A stretch of 63,496 nt of DNA, filler included, from Octopus bimaculoides (Eukaryota): the NCBI RefSeq assembly GCF_001194135.2. It is 5 parts of 5 records of this genome, joined end to end, with 100 filler letters (N's around TTAATTAATTAA, not from the genome) between each part and the next. Parts side by side here need not be neighbours in the genome. Positions count along the whole stretch, not along the records: positions 1 to 17,923 come from NC_068996.1; positions 18,024 to 39,899 come from NC_068982.1; 3 more parts are not named here. One strand, 5' to 3'. Made by a program: the position numbers and the translations under genes. The notes beneath the pieces were generated by a model. The model worked only from the letters and a program-made list of their open reading frames with translations. It made no database searches and was not told the origin of the DNA. The first letter of the stretch is position 1, and every line of letters begins with the position of its first letter. Below are positions 12,983 to 24,784 of the stretch, piece by piece.

Positions 12983-13650
12983 NNNNNNNNNNNNNNNNNN
13001 NNNNNNNNNNNNNNNNNNNNNNNNNNNNNNNNNNNNNNNNNNNNNNNNNNNNNNNNNNNNNNNNNNNNNNNNNNNNNNNNNNNNNNNNNNNNNNNNNNNN
13101 NNNNNNNNNNNNNNNNNNNNNNNNNNNNNNNNNNNNNNNNNNNNNNNNNNNNNNNNNNNNNNNNNNNNNNNNNNNNNNNNNNNNNNNNNNNNNNNNNNNN
13201 NNNNNNNNNNNNNNNNNNNNNNNNNNNNNNNNNNNNNNNNNNNNNNNNNNNNNNNNNNNNNNNNNNNNNNNNNNNNNNNNNNNNNNNNNNNNNNNNNNNN
13301 NNNNNNNNNNNNNNNNNNNNNNNNNNNNNNNNNNNNNNNNNNNNNNNNNNNNNNNNNNNNNNNNNNNNNNNNNNNNNNNNNNNNNNNNNNNNNNNNNNNN
13401 NNNNNNNNNNNNNNNNNNNNNNNNNNNNNNNNNNNNNNNNNNNNNNNNNNNNNNNNNNNNNNNNNNNNNNNNNNNNNNNNNNNNNNNNNNNNNNNNNNNN
13501 NNNNNNNNNNNNNNNNNNNNNNNNNNNNNNNNNNNNNNNNNNNNNNNNNNNNNNNNNNNNNNNNNNNNNNNNNNNNNNNNNNNNNNNNNNNNNNNNNNNN
13601 NNNNNNNNNNNNNNNNNNNNNNNNNNNNNNNNNNNNNNNNNNNNNNNNNN

Positions 13651-13689
<39 letters not shown>

Positions 13690-13695
<6 letters not shown>

Positions 13696-14100
13696 AGTGT
13701 CTTGCTCAAGAACACAATACACATCCCTGTCAAGGAATCGATCTGAGAACCTCACAATTGTAAGCCCGACCCTCTAATCACTAAGCCATCCACCTTCAAA
13801 ATGATGTATGCATGTATACATATATTTTTATAATACATGTATCAAAAAAGGACCTTTCTGAGCCGAAAGCCCATAAGTCTGCTTCCCTGGATTCTGTGAT
13901 GTATCTATTCCCCGCTCTCCTGGACAGGAAGCTGATCTGTCGAATGATTATTCCCTTCTGTCTGTTGAGTGGAGTGGAATGATGTGAAACGAAGTGTTTT
14001 GCTCAAGGGCACAATGCATCATCCAGTCTAATATTCGAAACAACAATCTTACGATCATGCATATACTACCCTAACCACCAAGTCACGCTCCTTCACACAC
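13690..14100 (-). mobile_element. Two tandem SINE family C fragments
   Basis: AAGTGTCTTGCTCAAGAACACAA (13.7k) and GAAGTGTTTTGCTCAAGGGCACAA (14.0k), each followed by a reverse-complement tRNA-like head. Confidence 0.7.
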
Positions 14101-14530
14101 AGACATACACACACAGACACACACACACAGACACACACACACACACAGACGCACATACACACTCACACACACACACACATACTCTCACACACACACACGT
14201 ACACACACACACATACACACACATATATATATCCGTTTATATACATATGAATATATACACACAAAACATACTTGTAATATATACCTACAGTTTTGTCATA
14301 GTACTTGTGCGCATATTCAAGTGCTGTATATATATATTTGCATTTGTTCAAAGATAAACAAATCCCGAACTGAATATATAATATATACACAAGCAAATAA
14401 CTTAGTCTCATATATATCGCATTATTTATGCAAACATACATGCATATATAGCAGAGATATACGAGGTTTGTATGTATGTGAGAGATAGAGAGAAAAAGTC
14501 GGAGGGAATGTATGTGTGTGTATTTCAGAA

Positions 14531-14623
<93 letters not shown>

Positions 14624-15436
14624 GCGTTGGTGTATACGACTGTGAAATGTATTATTTAGTAAAATAAATAGATAAATAAATACATAAATACATAAATTAG
14701 TGAGAAAAGAAAAAAAATTCCATGAGTGTTTATGCACTGGGATATTGGATATGCCACTGACAAACTGTATATTGAGACACGCCCACAGATGCTTGGAGAG
14801 AATCTTGTATATGTACGCACGGCTAATTTCCTGATTCACAAATTCTTTTCGGAAAGCTTTCATGCATAATGAGGAAAAAAAAAAAAATAAATAAAACAAA
14901 GTTGGAAAAAGAAAAGAAAAAAAAAACAGACACGTTCAAGGGTAAGTTCGGTTGTTAATTCGCTAGGTAGGTTGGTAGGTAGTTAAGTAGAGAGGCCAGT
15001 CGGAAGGTACGAAGGTAGAAAAAAATAGCATGCTTTATATATATTTAATTATTTGCTTTTCGTGCGAATTCTCAATGAAACTACTACTACTACTTCTATA
15101 ACATAAACAACAAAATTATCACTAGTTATACAACAACTGCGCACTGTATGTACTAATACTGCAGGCAACGTGATCAATTCTTAAGCATCTGATACAACCA
15201 CAATGATGTCACTTCTATGGCGGAGACTACATATGTTTTCCTAAATGCTTCTGTCATGTTGTCTCTCATAGTGAAATAATAAACATCATATCCATCGAAG
15301 ATGTCCCCTCCTATTCCTGTCATCGGTTTTATCTTCCTTTTATGTAAGAAAAATTATATATATAAGGAGTCTAATTTAGACTTTTTTGCGGTGAAATCTC
15401 TTGCTATATTGGTAACGATTAAATGGTTTTCTATGA

Positions 15437-15564
<128 letters not shown>

Positions 15565-15594
15565 ATCATAATGATTTCTACTAAAGGCAACAGC

Positions 15595-15925
15595 GCTGGA
15601 AATTATGGTGCTTAATTTATTGACCCCAAAGGGATTAAAGGCGAAGTCAACTTAGGCAGAGCTTAAACATAGAACGTAAAGACGGACGAAACGCCGCTAA
15701 GCACTTTCTCCGGCGTGCTAACGTTTCTGCCAACACGCCGCCTTAATAACAATAATAATAATAATAATAATAATCCTTTCTACTGAAGGCACAAGACCTT
15801 GAAATTTGTAGGGAGAGGACTAGTCGATTACATCGACCCTAGTACTCAACTGGTACTTAATTTATCGATCCCGAAAGGGTGAAAGGCAAAGTCGACCTCG
15901 GCGGAATTTGAACTTAGAACCTAAA
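15595..15925 (-). mobile_element. Two tandem SINE family A copies (about 15595-15765 and 15775-15925), separated by (TAA)n
   Basis: Both contain TTAATTT(T)AT(C/T)GA(T/C)CCC..AAAGGC(G)AAAGTC(G/A)AC..GGC(G/A)GA..TT..AAC. Confidence 0.85.
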
Positions 15926-16000
15926 ATTGGGTGAAAATTCGCTCGTCGTCTAATAATGATAATATTAAGTATTATATATATATACATATATGTATATATA

Positions 16001-16048
<48 letters not shown>

Positions 16049-16620
16049 GCGTGTGCGGTGTTGGTGTAAAGGTGGAAAGCTGCTCTGTCACACACACACN
16101 NNNNNNNNNNNNNNNNNNNNNNNNNNNNNNNNNNNNNNNNNNNNNNNNNNNNNNNNNNNNNNNNNNNNNNNNNNNNNNNNNNNNNNNNNNNNNNNNNNNN
16201 NNNNNNNNNNNNNNNNNNNNNNNNNNNNNNNNNNNNNNNNNNNNNNNNNNNNNNNNNNNNNNNNNNNNNNNNNNNNNNNNNNNNNNNNNNNNNNNNNNNN
16301 NNNNNNNNNNNNNNNNNNNNNNNNNNNNNNNNNNNNNNNNNNNNNNNNNNNNNNNNNNNNNNNNNNNNNNNNNNNNNNNNNNNNNNNNNNNNNNNNNNNN
16401 NNNNNNNNNNNNNNNNNNNNNNNNNNNNNNNNNNNNNNNNNNNNNNNNNNNNNNNNNNNNNNNNNNNNNNNNNNNNNNNNNNNNNNNNNNNNNNNNNNNN
16501 NNNNNNNNNNNNNNNNNNNNNNNNNNNNNNNNNNNNNCTTAGAACCTAAAATTGGGTGAAAATTCGCTCGTCGTCTAATAATGATAATATTAAGTATTAT
16601 ATATATATACATATATATAT

Positions 16621-16815
16621 ACATTCGCCATGATAGATCGCTGACACTACATTTATATATATTTTTTCTCCTTGTTTCTTTCTGTGTTCCTTTCAGTTGA
16701 AGAGCGTAGGCTCGAAACGTCAAAGACCTTCTCTATTCCCGAGCATTAAACTAATACATCCATTTGTTGTTTACAACACCTGTCTTCATCTGTTGTTTTT
16801 TTCGTAAATTGTCCC
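16621..16815 (+). ncRNA. About 195-bp non-coding PLE terminal-repeat-like element with a minimal type-I hammerhead-like fold, embedded in (TA)n
   Basis: CTTT CAGTTGA A GAG CGTAGG CTC GAAAC GTC AAAG at about 16690-16725; homologous over its length to the reverse complement of 24180-24370. Confidence 0.65.
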
Positions 16816-16869
16816 ATATATATATATATATATATAAATTCATAAAGCCAGTTTCCCGGTCTCTCTGCC

Positions 16870-17035
16870 GTATATACATACACCCAGTGGACGTACCCCA
16901 GTCCAACGTAGATTTACTCATTAATGTCAGATGAGTCGACTGGAGCAATTTGAAATGAAGTGTTTTACTCAAAAACACAACGCGTTGCCCGAACATGAAT
17001 GCAACAACCTAGACACGAAGCCACTACGTGTGGAT
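16870..17035 (-). mobile_element. SINE family C
   Basis: GAGTCGACTGGAGCAATTTGAAATGAAGTGTTTTACTCAAAAACACAACGCGTTG, the reverse complement of the family-C core. Confidence 0.7.
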
Positions 17036-17574
17036 GTAGATAAATATCTATACTTTATAATAACAAGTGCAGTAGTAAAACCGAAAGTCACTCTGTATAG
17101 TAAACTTAACATGGATGTTGTGTTAGAGCTCAGAATACTGCGTTACTTGTATTGAGATGATCTCTCCTCTCATATGGATGCATGGTGCATAAGAGCACTC
17201 ATATTTATATCGTTTGCAGACGAGAGTCATCTGCCAAGGCGCCAAACCTGCTAGATTACGAGATGTATCCCTGGCCGGGGTCATAACAGCCGAATCTTAC
17301 TGTCTGCAATATGTAGAATTCCAGATATTTGTTGAAGAATTGATGCTGCAAATAACCAGCAGAGCAATCAAACGATAATTAATAGTGACAGAAGCAGCTT
17401 TAATACCAAACAGCAATCTTTATATCCAACTTAGCATGGCTGGTGAGTTAGAATACGAATGCTGCATTTTTTTACCTTCAGAGGTCCAATACCTCTTACG
17501 TGCTTCAGTAATTGAACTGCAGTAATCCCGGGGCAACATCGACCTATTCCTTTAGTCTTGAATGTCTGCTAAAT

Positions 17575-17865
17575 TCTGTCGGTCTCATTTGCCAAGCCAG
17601 TAAGTTACAGAAATGTAAAAAAACAAACACCGGTTGTCAGATGATAGTTGAGGGACAAACGCAAACCCTAACATATGTACTCATACATGCATACATATGC
17701 ACTTACGTGTATATATGTTTATACTATAGGTTTCAGCACAAAATTCACTCAAAATCTTTGGTCATACCGGAACTATAGTACACTTGCCCAGAGTCCCGCA
17801 AATTGGGGCTCAACCTGAAACCACGTGGTTTAAAAAAATGGGCGTCGTAGCTTCTTAACCACTCG
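17575..17865 (-). mobile_element. SINE family B
   Basis: ACCGGTTGTCAGATGA..GACAAAC..ACACTTGCCCAGAG..CAACCTGAAACCACGTGGTT, the reverse complement of the family-B body and head. Confidence 0.75.
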
Positions 17866-17923
17866 GTCAAGCTAAATAGATTTATATATCTGTGAATGTA
17901 TTATATGTGTGTGTGTATACATA

Positions 17924-18023
17924 NNNNNNNNNNNNNNNNNNNNNNNNNNNNNNNNNNNNNNNNNNNNTTAATTAATTAANNNNNNNNNNNNNNNNNNNNN
18001 NNNNNNNNNNNNNNNNNNNNNNN
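17924..18023. other. Artificial 100-bp scaffold linker (44 N + TTAATTAATTAA + 44 N)
   Basis: Identical layout at 39900-39999, 56913-57012 and 61267-61366. Confidence 0.95.
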
Positions 18024-18390
18024 CAGCGGTGGAGGCAGTAATGATAGTGATGGTGGTAGTAGTAGTAGTGGTGTTGATCGTTGTCGATGAGGGAGTGTTG
18101 CTACTGTTTGTAGTGGTGGTGGTGGTATTGGTGGTGGATATCGTCGTCGTCTTCGTCGTCGTGGCAGCGGTGGAGGCAGTAATGATAGTGATGGTGGTAG
18201 TAGTAGTAGTGGTGTTGATCGTTGTCGATGAGGGAGTGTTGTTCTTGTTTGTGGTGAGGAGTTAGTGACATTGTTTTTATTGTTGGTTGCATTAGTAATA
18301 GAGCTGATGTCTTTAGAGAATGTTGTCGTTGTTGTTGTTGTTGTTGATGATAGTGGTGGTGGTCGTGGTATTGTTGGTAATATCAACGTG
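18024..18390. repeat. GTN-rich trinucleotide low-complexity tract with an internal about 78-bp direct duplication (period 141)
   Basis: CAGCGGTGGAGGCAGTAATGATAGTGATG..GATGAGGGAGTGTTG at 18024 and 18165. Confidence 0.9.
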
Positions 18391-18404
18391 GTGTGGCAGA
18401 GAAG

Positions 18405-18940
18405 GAGACAGAGACAAAGACAGAGAGAGAGAGAGAAGGAGAGAGAGAGAGAAGGAGAGAGAGAGAGAAGGAGAGAGAGAGAGNNNNNNNNNNNNNNNNN
18501 NNNNNNNNNNNNNNNNNNNNNNNNNNNNNNNNNNNNNNNNNNNNNNNNNNNNNNNNNNNNNNNNNNNNNNNNNNNNNNNNNNNNNNNNNNNNNNNNNNNN
18601 NNNNNNNNNNNNNNNNNNNNNNNNNNNNNNNNNNNNNNNNNNNNNNNNNNNNNNNNNNNNNNNNNNNNNNNNNNNNNNNNNNNNNNNNNNNNNNNNNNNN
18701 NNNNNNNNNNNNNNNNNNNNNNNNNNNNNNNNNNNNNNNNNNNNNNNNNNNNNNNNNNNNNNNNNNNNNNNNNNNNNNNNNNNNNNNNNNNNNNNNNNNN
18801 NNNNNNNNNNNNNNNNNNNNNNNNNNNNNNNNAGAGAGAAGGAGAGAGAGAGAAGGAGAGAGAGAGAAGGAGAGAGAGAGAAGGAGAGAGAGAGAAGGAG
18901 AGAGAGAGAAGGAGAGAGAGAGAAGGAGAGAGAGAGAGCA
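18405..18940. repeat. (GAGAGAGAGAAG)n purine minisatellite spanning a gap
   Basis: Same 12-nt unit on both sides of gap 18484-18832. Confidence 0.92.
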
Positions 18941-20029
18941 GGGTGGATTACAATTGTATTGAAAGAAATATGAGAACGGCAACGATCTCATAGTTTTTAT
19001 AAATCTACCAGATCTAGCTAGATATTGAAACCGGGTTCACAGAATTAATTTCAGTGGCTACCCGGCAGCAACAAGCTCTCATAAACGATAAAAATTACTT
19101 GTAAAACAGATAAGACTTCTGAGAAAATAATGAGGATGTATATCCGACGAGTAGGTGTTGAAATCGATAGCACTTGGGACAAAATACTTTGTAGTATATG
19201 GTTACTTCCCTTTTATTCCCTAAATTCAAATCCCTTCGAGGTCTACTTTGCTTTTCATCGCTTCGAAGCCGATAAATAGGTTCCAGTCTAAATTAGTAGT
19301 GTCAATCGTTGTAATGATATATAAACATAAAGAACGTTAACTCAGTGTAGCAGCAGTCTCACAATGACAGACACTAATAAGAGAATGTTAGATGTTATTC
19401 TAGTTAAGATCAAAGATGTCTTACCTGAAATCAAATGAATAAGTATCGTTAACATATTAATCTTGCACCTTAATCGATAGCTTCATTTTAATGAAGAGTC
19501 GGATATTCTAACTATTACAATAAAGCTTTAACAAAGTTTTTACTTTTCAAGAAGAGAATCTATCTAATCACAAAGTTTGTAGAAACAATTCTTATCTGCA
19601 GTTTTCTATAGAGATTAGTACATGAAGAGAGATCTGACCTGATCAACGAGGTGTCGGTCTTCTATCGTCATCGTTGTCCATATGCATGGTGAACTCTTCA
19701 AATATAAACAACTTAAGGTTGGCCTTGGTGGACTACTTAGCGTTGGCTGTTACGATCGTTGTCCACCTACTAGCAACAGCTGCTTATCTGAATTACTTCT
19801 CCGTCAACGCAACTGCCACAAAGACCACGATTGCGCAAAAGAATTCGTGAAATAGTTTTTGATCTTGTTACACACAGGATTTGCTAACAGAACGAAGATG
19901 CTAGTGTGTACACCTAGAAGTAGGGCGGCAGCAGACTACTCGGCTAGTGATAAAAATAAGAATTTTGGACTGTGGAAAAGACAGAAGCACCTATATCCCT
20001 GTAGTTGGAATAAATTATTTCATTGTATA

Positions 20030-20290
20030 GCTACACGTCGAGCCAAATGAAAAAAACGTTTACTTTGTTGACCGATCTACTTAAAATAGCAACTAAATCA
20101 CCCTCAAATCACACTTCCGTCTAATCAGTGGAAGAAAATATTGGATCATGTGATCTTAGATGCATTGTCAATGGTTTGCTCAGCCAGAACCAACCTGGGA
20201 CTAAACAATACGAACCAACGGGGTGGTCTTCATGTGGTTGTTTGGCTTGTTAGAAGTAACAACCAAATCCTCTTCAATCATACATTGCAA
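20030..20290 (+). mobile_element. Two fragments of dispersed repeat family F ((CAA)n-tailed retroposon-like)
   Basis: AAATAGCAACTAAATCACCCTCAAATCACAC..ACCTGGGACTAAACAA and ATGTGGTTGTTTGGCTTGTTAGAAGTAACAACCAAATC; related copies near 31.0k, 45.15k, 51.55k, 52.45k, 57.6k and 61.8k. Confidence 0.65.
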
Positions 20291-20314
20291 AAAAAAAAAA
20301 AGAGACACATCAGA

Positions 20315-20450
20315 TGTTAGCACAGTGTTAAGGTGTTTGAGTTATGATCATGAAGTCGTGGTTTCTTTACCTGGACTGAGCGACGCGTTGTACTTTCAGC
20401 AGCAAGATACTTCATTCTACTTTACTCTAGTCTACTCAATTGTGATATGT
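20315..20450 (+). mobile_element. Decayed SINE family C
   Basis: GTGTTAAGGTGTTTGAGTTATGATCATGAAGTCGTGGTTTC..CAGCAAGATACTTCATTCTACTTTACTCTAGTC. Confidence 0.6.
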
Positions 20451-21699
20451 ACAAGTATTGGTACACCTCTCTTTTCTCGTAACTGTCACATCTTGGATGT
20501 TTCTACATAAAGGCCCTAGAAGGTGTCTATGTCTGCTCGTGAATACATAAGCATCTTAGACAATTAGCGAAAGCATGGCACAATTGAGTGACATGGGTCG
20601 CATCGAAAATCAAAATTATTCCTTTGGCTAAAAGTAAGTGTTTATACTTATCACATTCCAACAACGAACCTGCTGATGTTCTTTCTCTCATCACTTTATT
20701 CCTTGATTCGCTACTACATTGCTTTCTGCTCCTTTAAACTTGAAAATATCTACCACTCTCTTCCTATGATTCTGAGATTGAAATCAGTAGGGGGAATGAC
20801 TCTGTCCCGCTGAGGTGTCCTATGAATCTTACGTGGTCATTAGTATTAGAGAACATCTTACATATTGTGTCTGCCTCTCCGGAAGATCTGAGAATGAGTA
20901 TATTATTCACATATCTGGATTCTACGAGTTGACATGAGGTCTGTATATAAGTGTGTTTCGTGAAACTGATGCATGCGTTGTCAACAATAATGAGTAGAAG
21001 CTAAGAAATGTCTGCGGCCGTATGGCCAGAACAGAAGATCTTGGAGGTGATGATTAATGGTTGGAAGCACAGATAATAAGATGTAGAAAGCGACGACCTC
21101 AAAAGTACATCTATTGTATATGAGTATACCGAAGATCTTGTTGATGGAGTCTTTTGATGATGTACTTGTTTGTTTTACTCTTAAGAACTTAAGGCATAAG
21201 AATAAAATACCCATCAGAATTCATCAAGACTTTTAAGTCTCTGGAACTCCTCACGTACCTATTTTTCTTCTTAAACATTAATCTGCAGAATTTTAACCTG
21301 AGCACGAATTGTATCGATTACTCTAGATTAGAAGGCCTACAAGGATATTGTTGCTATCTTCTCTCTAACATTAAGTTATAATTAACAATTATAATCGGCA
21401 TTTTTCCTCATTAGTAGCAATTGTTTGACATCCAATTGACTCCACAAGAATCTCTGAACTTTTTAAATATTATTTCCTTTTAAAACATGTCTCCTTTCAT
21501 TCTCAGAATAAGGTTTCTACTCTTCTCTACTGTTGTATATTTGACCGACTGCACATGTCATTCTACTTCATCAAATTCACGTATTTTGTAGTTAAATTAT
21601 CCTCTATTTCTTGCAATACCTTACAGAAATATTTTATCTGTAAATCTTATATGTAACGCTTTACCAAGGCCTTCCGAAATGAAAGAAATTAACTCGATT

Positions 21700-21970
21700 C
21701 TTGTTCTTCAACAGAAGCACCTTAATGACTGTAGGAAAAAACATAGATGAGGAGGGAATTCTACAGTGATGACGTTCTGGGGTAGGAATGACTGAGAAAA
21801 GTGGTTAGCATGGGACCTGCTAGAGTGATATAAATGCGTAACGAGAGGAGGATGTATCTGATTAATTTTATTGTAGGTTGCATGAGATCAGCTAACCCTG
21901 ACAAGCAGAGATCACTGTAGTAGCGGTAGAAGAGGAATAGTGAGGAGACAGCATGTCTTTGTACAACGGT
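21700..21970 (-). mobile_element. CR1-clade LINE 3' ORF2 remnant
   Basis: Minus-strand frame RHAVSSLFLFYRYYSDLCLSGLADLM..SYPRTSSL*NSLLIYVF, matching the CR1-type C-terminal SLxLFYRYY..C / PRTxxLWNxLP motifs. Confidence 0.75.
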
Positions 21971-22864
21971 GAAAACATTCGTCTAAGAATATATTTAAGA
22001 GATGAAAACTAGAATTCATTACAACAGTGATTTTTAATCAGACAATGAAGCAATGAAACTGTATTTAAGTTTTTATCTTAAGCACACACCGTTGCTTTCA
22101 TTGAGCGAAAAGTGTCCTGAATAGAAAATACAATTACATGAAGCAAGCAAGAGCAATTGAGTCGGTGTCTTAATAACCAGTTATTTTAAGAACTGTGGTT
22201 GGGAAAATTTAAGGAAAAAATACAAATTGGATAGTAGTTGAGAAAATTATCATGTTTCTAATGATTGCTTCAGTGATTAGACTCAAAATATACACGGTTA
22301 AAATATATACTTACTGTGAAATAAAACAGCGGAAATCAACTGGCTAACTGATGGAGACTACATGGGAGGGCAAGAGAGGTAGTGTAAGATCCTAACTTTC
22401 GATAAATTCGCTTGTAAAATGCAGGGAGTCGAAAGATCTTAAGTTGATCTCTATTACTCTCCTATGCGAACAATCTGAAATTAGTTGTGACAAGTGGATA
22501 GTTAAACTGTTCTAGAAGACTAAAGTTACAGGGGGGAAAAAACAAAAAAAAAGATGCTCTAAATAACCTTCTTATAAGGAAAGATATTTTTAGTAAGATT
22601 TGGTCATAATAAGACAGACAGAGATTTTTAAAAACCAAGGAATGTTACTAAATTTGCTCTAAAGATCGAAAATTTTAAAATACTTAGACATGAAACAGAG
22701 ATCTGGAATTAAATCCTCAAAATAGAAATCTAGAGGTGGGAGTAGGTAGATGTAGACACAATATGACTATTTTAGAAGTTAGAATTAGAGGTAATGACAT
22801 TTATTCTCAATCAAAATTTATAATCAATTATAGACAGAAATTTTCTATATGTGCGCCGCGTGTG

Positions 22865-23930
22865 TACCAACACACTCACTACATCCGGGACTCTTTCTAC
22901 TGCACCTCATCTAATTTGGTATATTGCATTCAATGTACCCTTAGTAACTGTCTATGTGTTGGTCAGTCGGGCAGTCGGCTAGCCAACCGATTCACCAAAA
23001 ACCTACGTGACGTCCACCTGCGGAAAAATACCCCTGTCGCCTGTCAACTTTGCTGCGCTGGCCACTCCACCTCACACGTCACTGTTTTCGGCCTGGCCTT
23101 GCACCAGGGATCCACCAACACCAGACTTCGTCTTGAACAGCGCTACGTCTTCACTCTTTAAACTCAAACTCCATTTTGACTAAACACGTCCCCCTCCTTC
23201 TAGTGACATCTTCCACACACTTAAAAAAAAATCTATTTTTAATTAAATTTTTTGATTTTATCTTTTTATCTATCTCACACAGTCCCACATACATAGTTTG
23301 CACACACACCCCACACACACATATAATACATACACACCTACCGCGCACACACACATGCGAACACACACAAACACATACGCACTTACAGCAACATCAACGC
23401 ACTCACACACCTGTCCCCTCGCCTCACACATTCATATTCACATATATACACACACGCACTCATATGCACATATAGTTCACCACGCACGCACACACACATA
23501 CAAAAACACACACACACACTTTCATATGTACATACGCACACACAGAAACACCCGCGCACTCACACACTCTTCACCTCGTCTCTCGCTTCTCACCACCGAA
23601 TCGAACTTCGGCCACTAACCTGTTCGTCTACTCGACCCTACACCCTTACACATACATCACTCACATAAACACAAACACACACGTACAGAGATACTACCAC
23701 ACACACACACACTGGCCATCTTTGCACTCTTCGTCCCAATAAACCACTTGCCCTATCGCTTTCCACTTCGCTCACTTCTGTCATGTAACCACACACGAGC
23801 TGTTCGTGGACGTTTTCCTTCTCTGAACTTTCCCTCTCTCCTCTTTCTGGCAAAGAGCTATCCTTTAAACGTGGGTTTTTAAACCCAATCTTTTTCCCAC
23901 ATTTACTGAGAGTCAGGCTAATATATTCCA
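22865..23930 (+). mobile_element. Penelope-like element 3' fragment: GIY-YIG endonuclease (22865-23185) plus 3' tail with a decayed hammerhead-like motif (about 23843-23875)
   Basis: HYIRDSFYCTSSNLVYCIQCTLSNCLCVGQSGSRLANRFTKNLRDV..LEQRYVFTL is a typical PLE C-terminal endonuclease; the tail has CTTT CTGGCAA A GAG CTATC CTT TAAAC GTG. Confidence 0.85.
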
Positions 23931-23974
23931 TATGTACGTCCTCTTGTTGCTTTATTCTTTTTTTATTCTTTTTT

Positions 23975-24180
23975 ACTTGTTTCAGTCATTTGACTGCGGC
24001 TATGCTGGAGCACCGCCTTTAGTCGAAGAAATCGACCCCAGGACTTATTCTTCGTAAGCCTAGTATTTATTCTTTTGCCGGACCTCTAGATTACGGGAGC
24101 ATTGAAATACCAGCATCGGTTGTCAAGCGATGGTGGGTGAGTGGGGGACAAACACAGACCCACACAAATATATATATATA
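23975..24180 (-). mobile_element. SINE family B 3' half
   Basis: TTGTTTCAGTCATTTGACTGCGGCTATGCTGGAGCACCGCCTTTAGTCGA..GGGGACAAACACAGAC. Confidence 0.9.
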
Positions 24181-24460
24181 ATTGGAATTTACAGTAAAAC
24201 AAAAGCCGAAGACAGGTGTATAAACAACAAACAGGTGTATTAGTTTAACGCTCGGGAAGGTGAGAATGTCTTTTACGTTTCGAGCCTACGCTCTTCAGCA
24301 GAAAGGAATACGAAAAAATAAACAGAGAAAATAAAAAAAGCTTTAGCGACTAGCGGTCGATCATGGCGGCTGGTTGGACAGAGGTGATTAGACAGGAGAG
24401 CTAAGAAGAAGGGGACATAATAAAGTATTGGTGATCCCAAAACGAAGGTGCGGTGCACGT
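24180..24460 (-). ncRNA. PLE terminal-repeat-like segment with a minimal type-I hammerhead-like fold (core 24270-24305)
   Basis: Minus strand reads CUUU CUGCUGA A GAG CGUAGG CUC GAAAC GUA AAAG; lies downstream of the PLE RT fragment at 24785-25080 on the same strand. Confidence 0.7.
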
Positions 24461-24784
24461 GCGTGTGTACGTGAGAGTGTGTAAGTGTGTGCGTGNNNNN
24501 NNNNNNNNNNNNNNNNNNNNNNNNNNNNNNNNNNNNNNNNNNNNNNNNNNNNNNNNNNNNNNNNNNNNNNNNNNNNNNNNNNNNNNNNNNNNNNNNNNNN
24601 NNNNNNNNNNNNNNNNNNNNNNNNNNNNNNNNNNNNNNNNNNNNNNNNNNNNNNNNNNNNNNNNNNNNNNNNNNNNNNNNNNNNNNNNNNNNNNNNNNNN
24701 NNNNNNNNNNNNNNNNNNNNNNNNNNNNNNNNNNNNNNNNNNNNNNNNNNNNNNGTAGTGGTGTTGGAGTGTGGGGATGCGAGG

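Noticed and set aside
14690-14899. Minus frame KAFRKEFVNQEISRAY.. resembling a receptor helix-8 tail
   Set aside because: Only a 5-residue resemblance, bounded by poly-T and microsatellite; unsupported.
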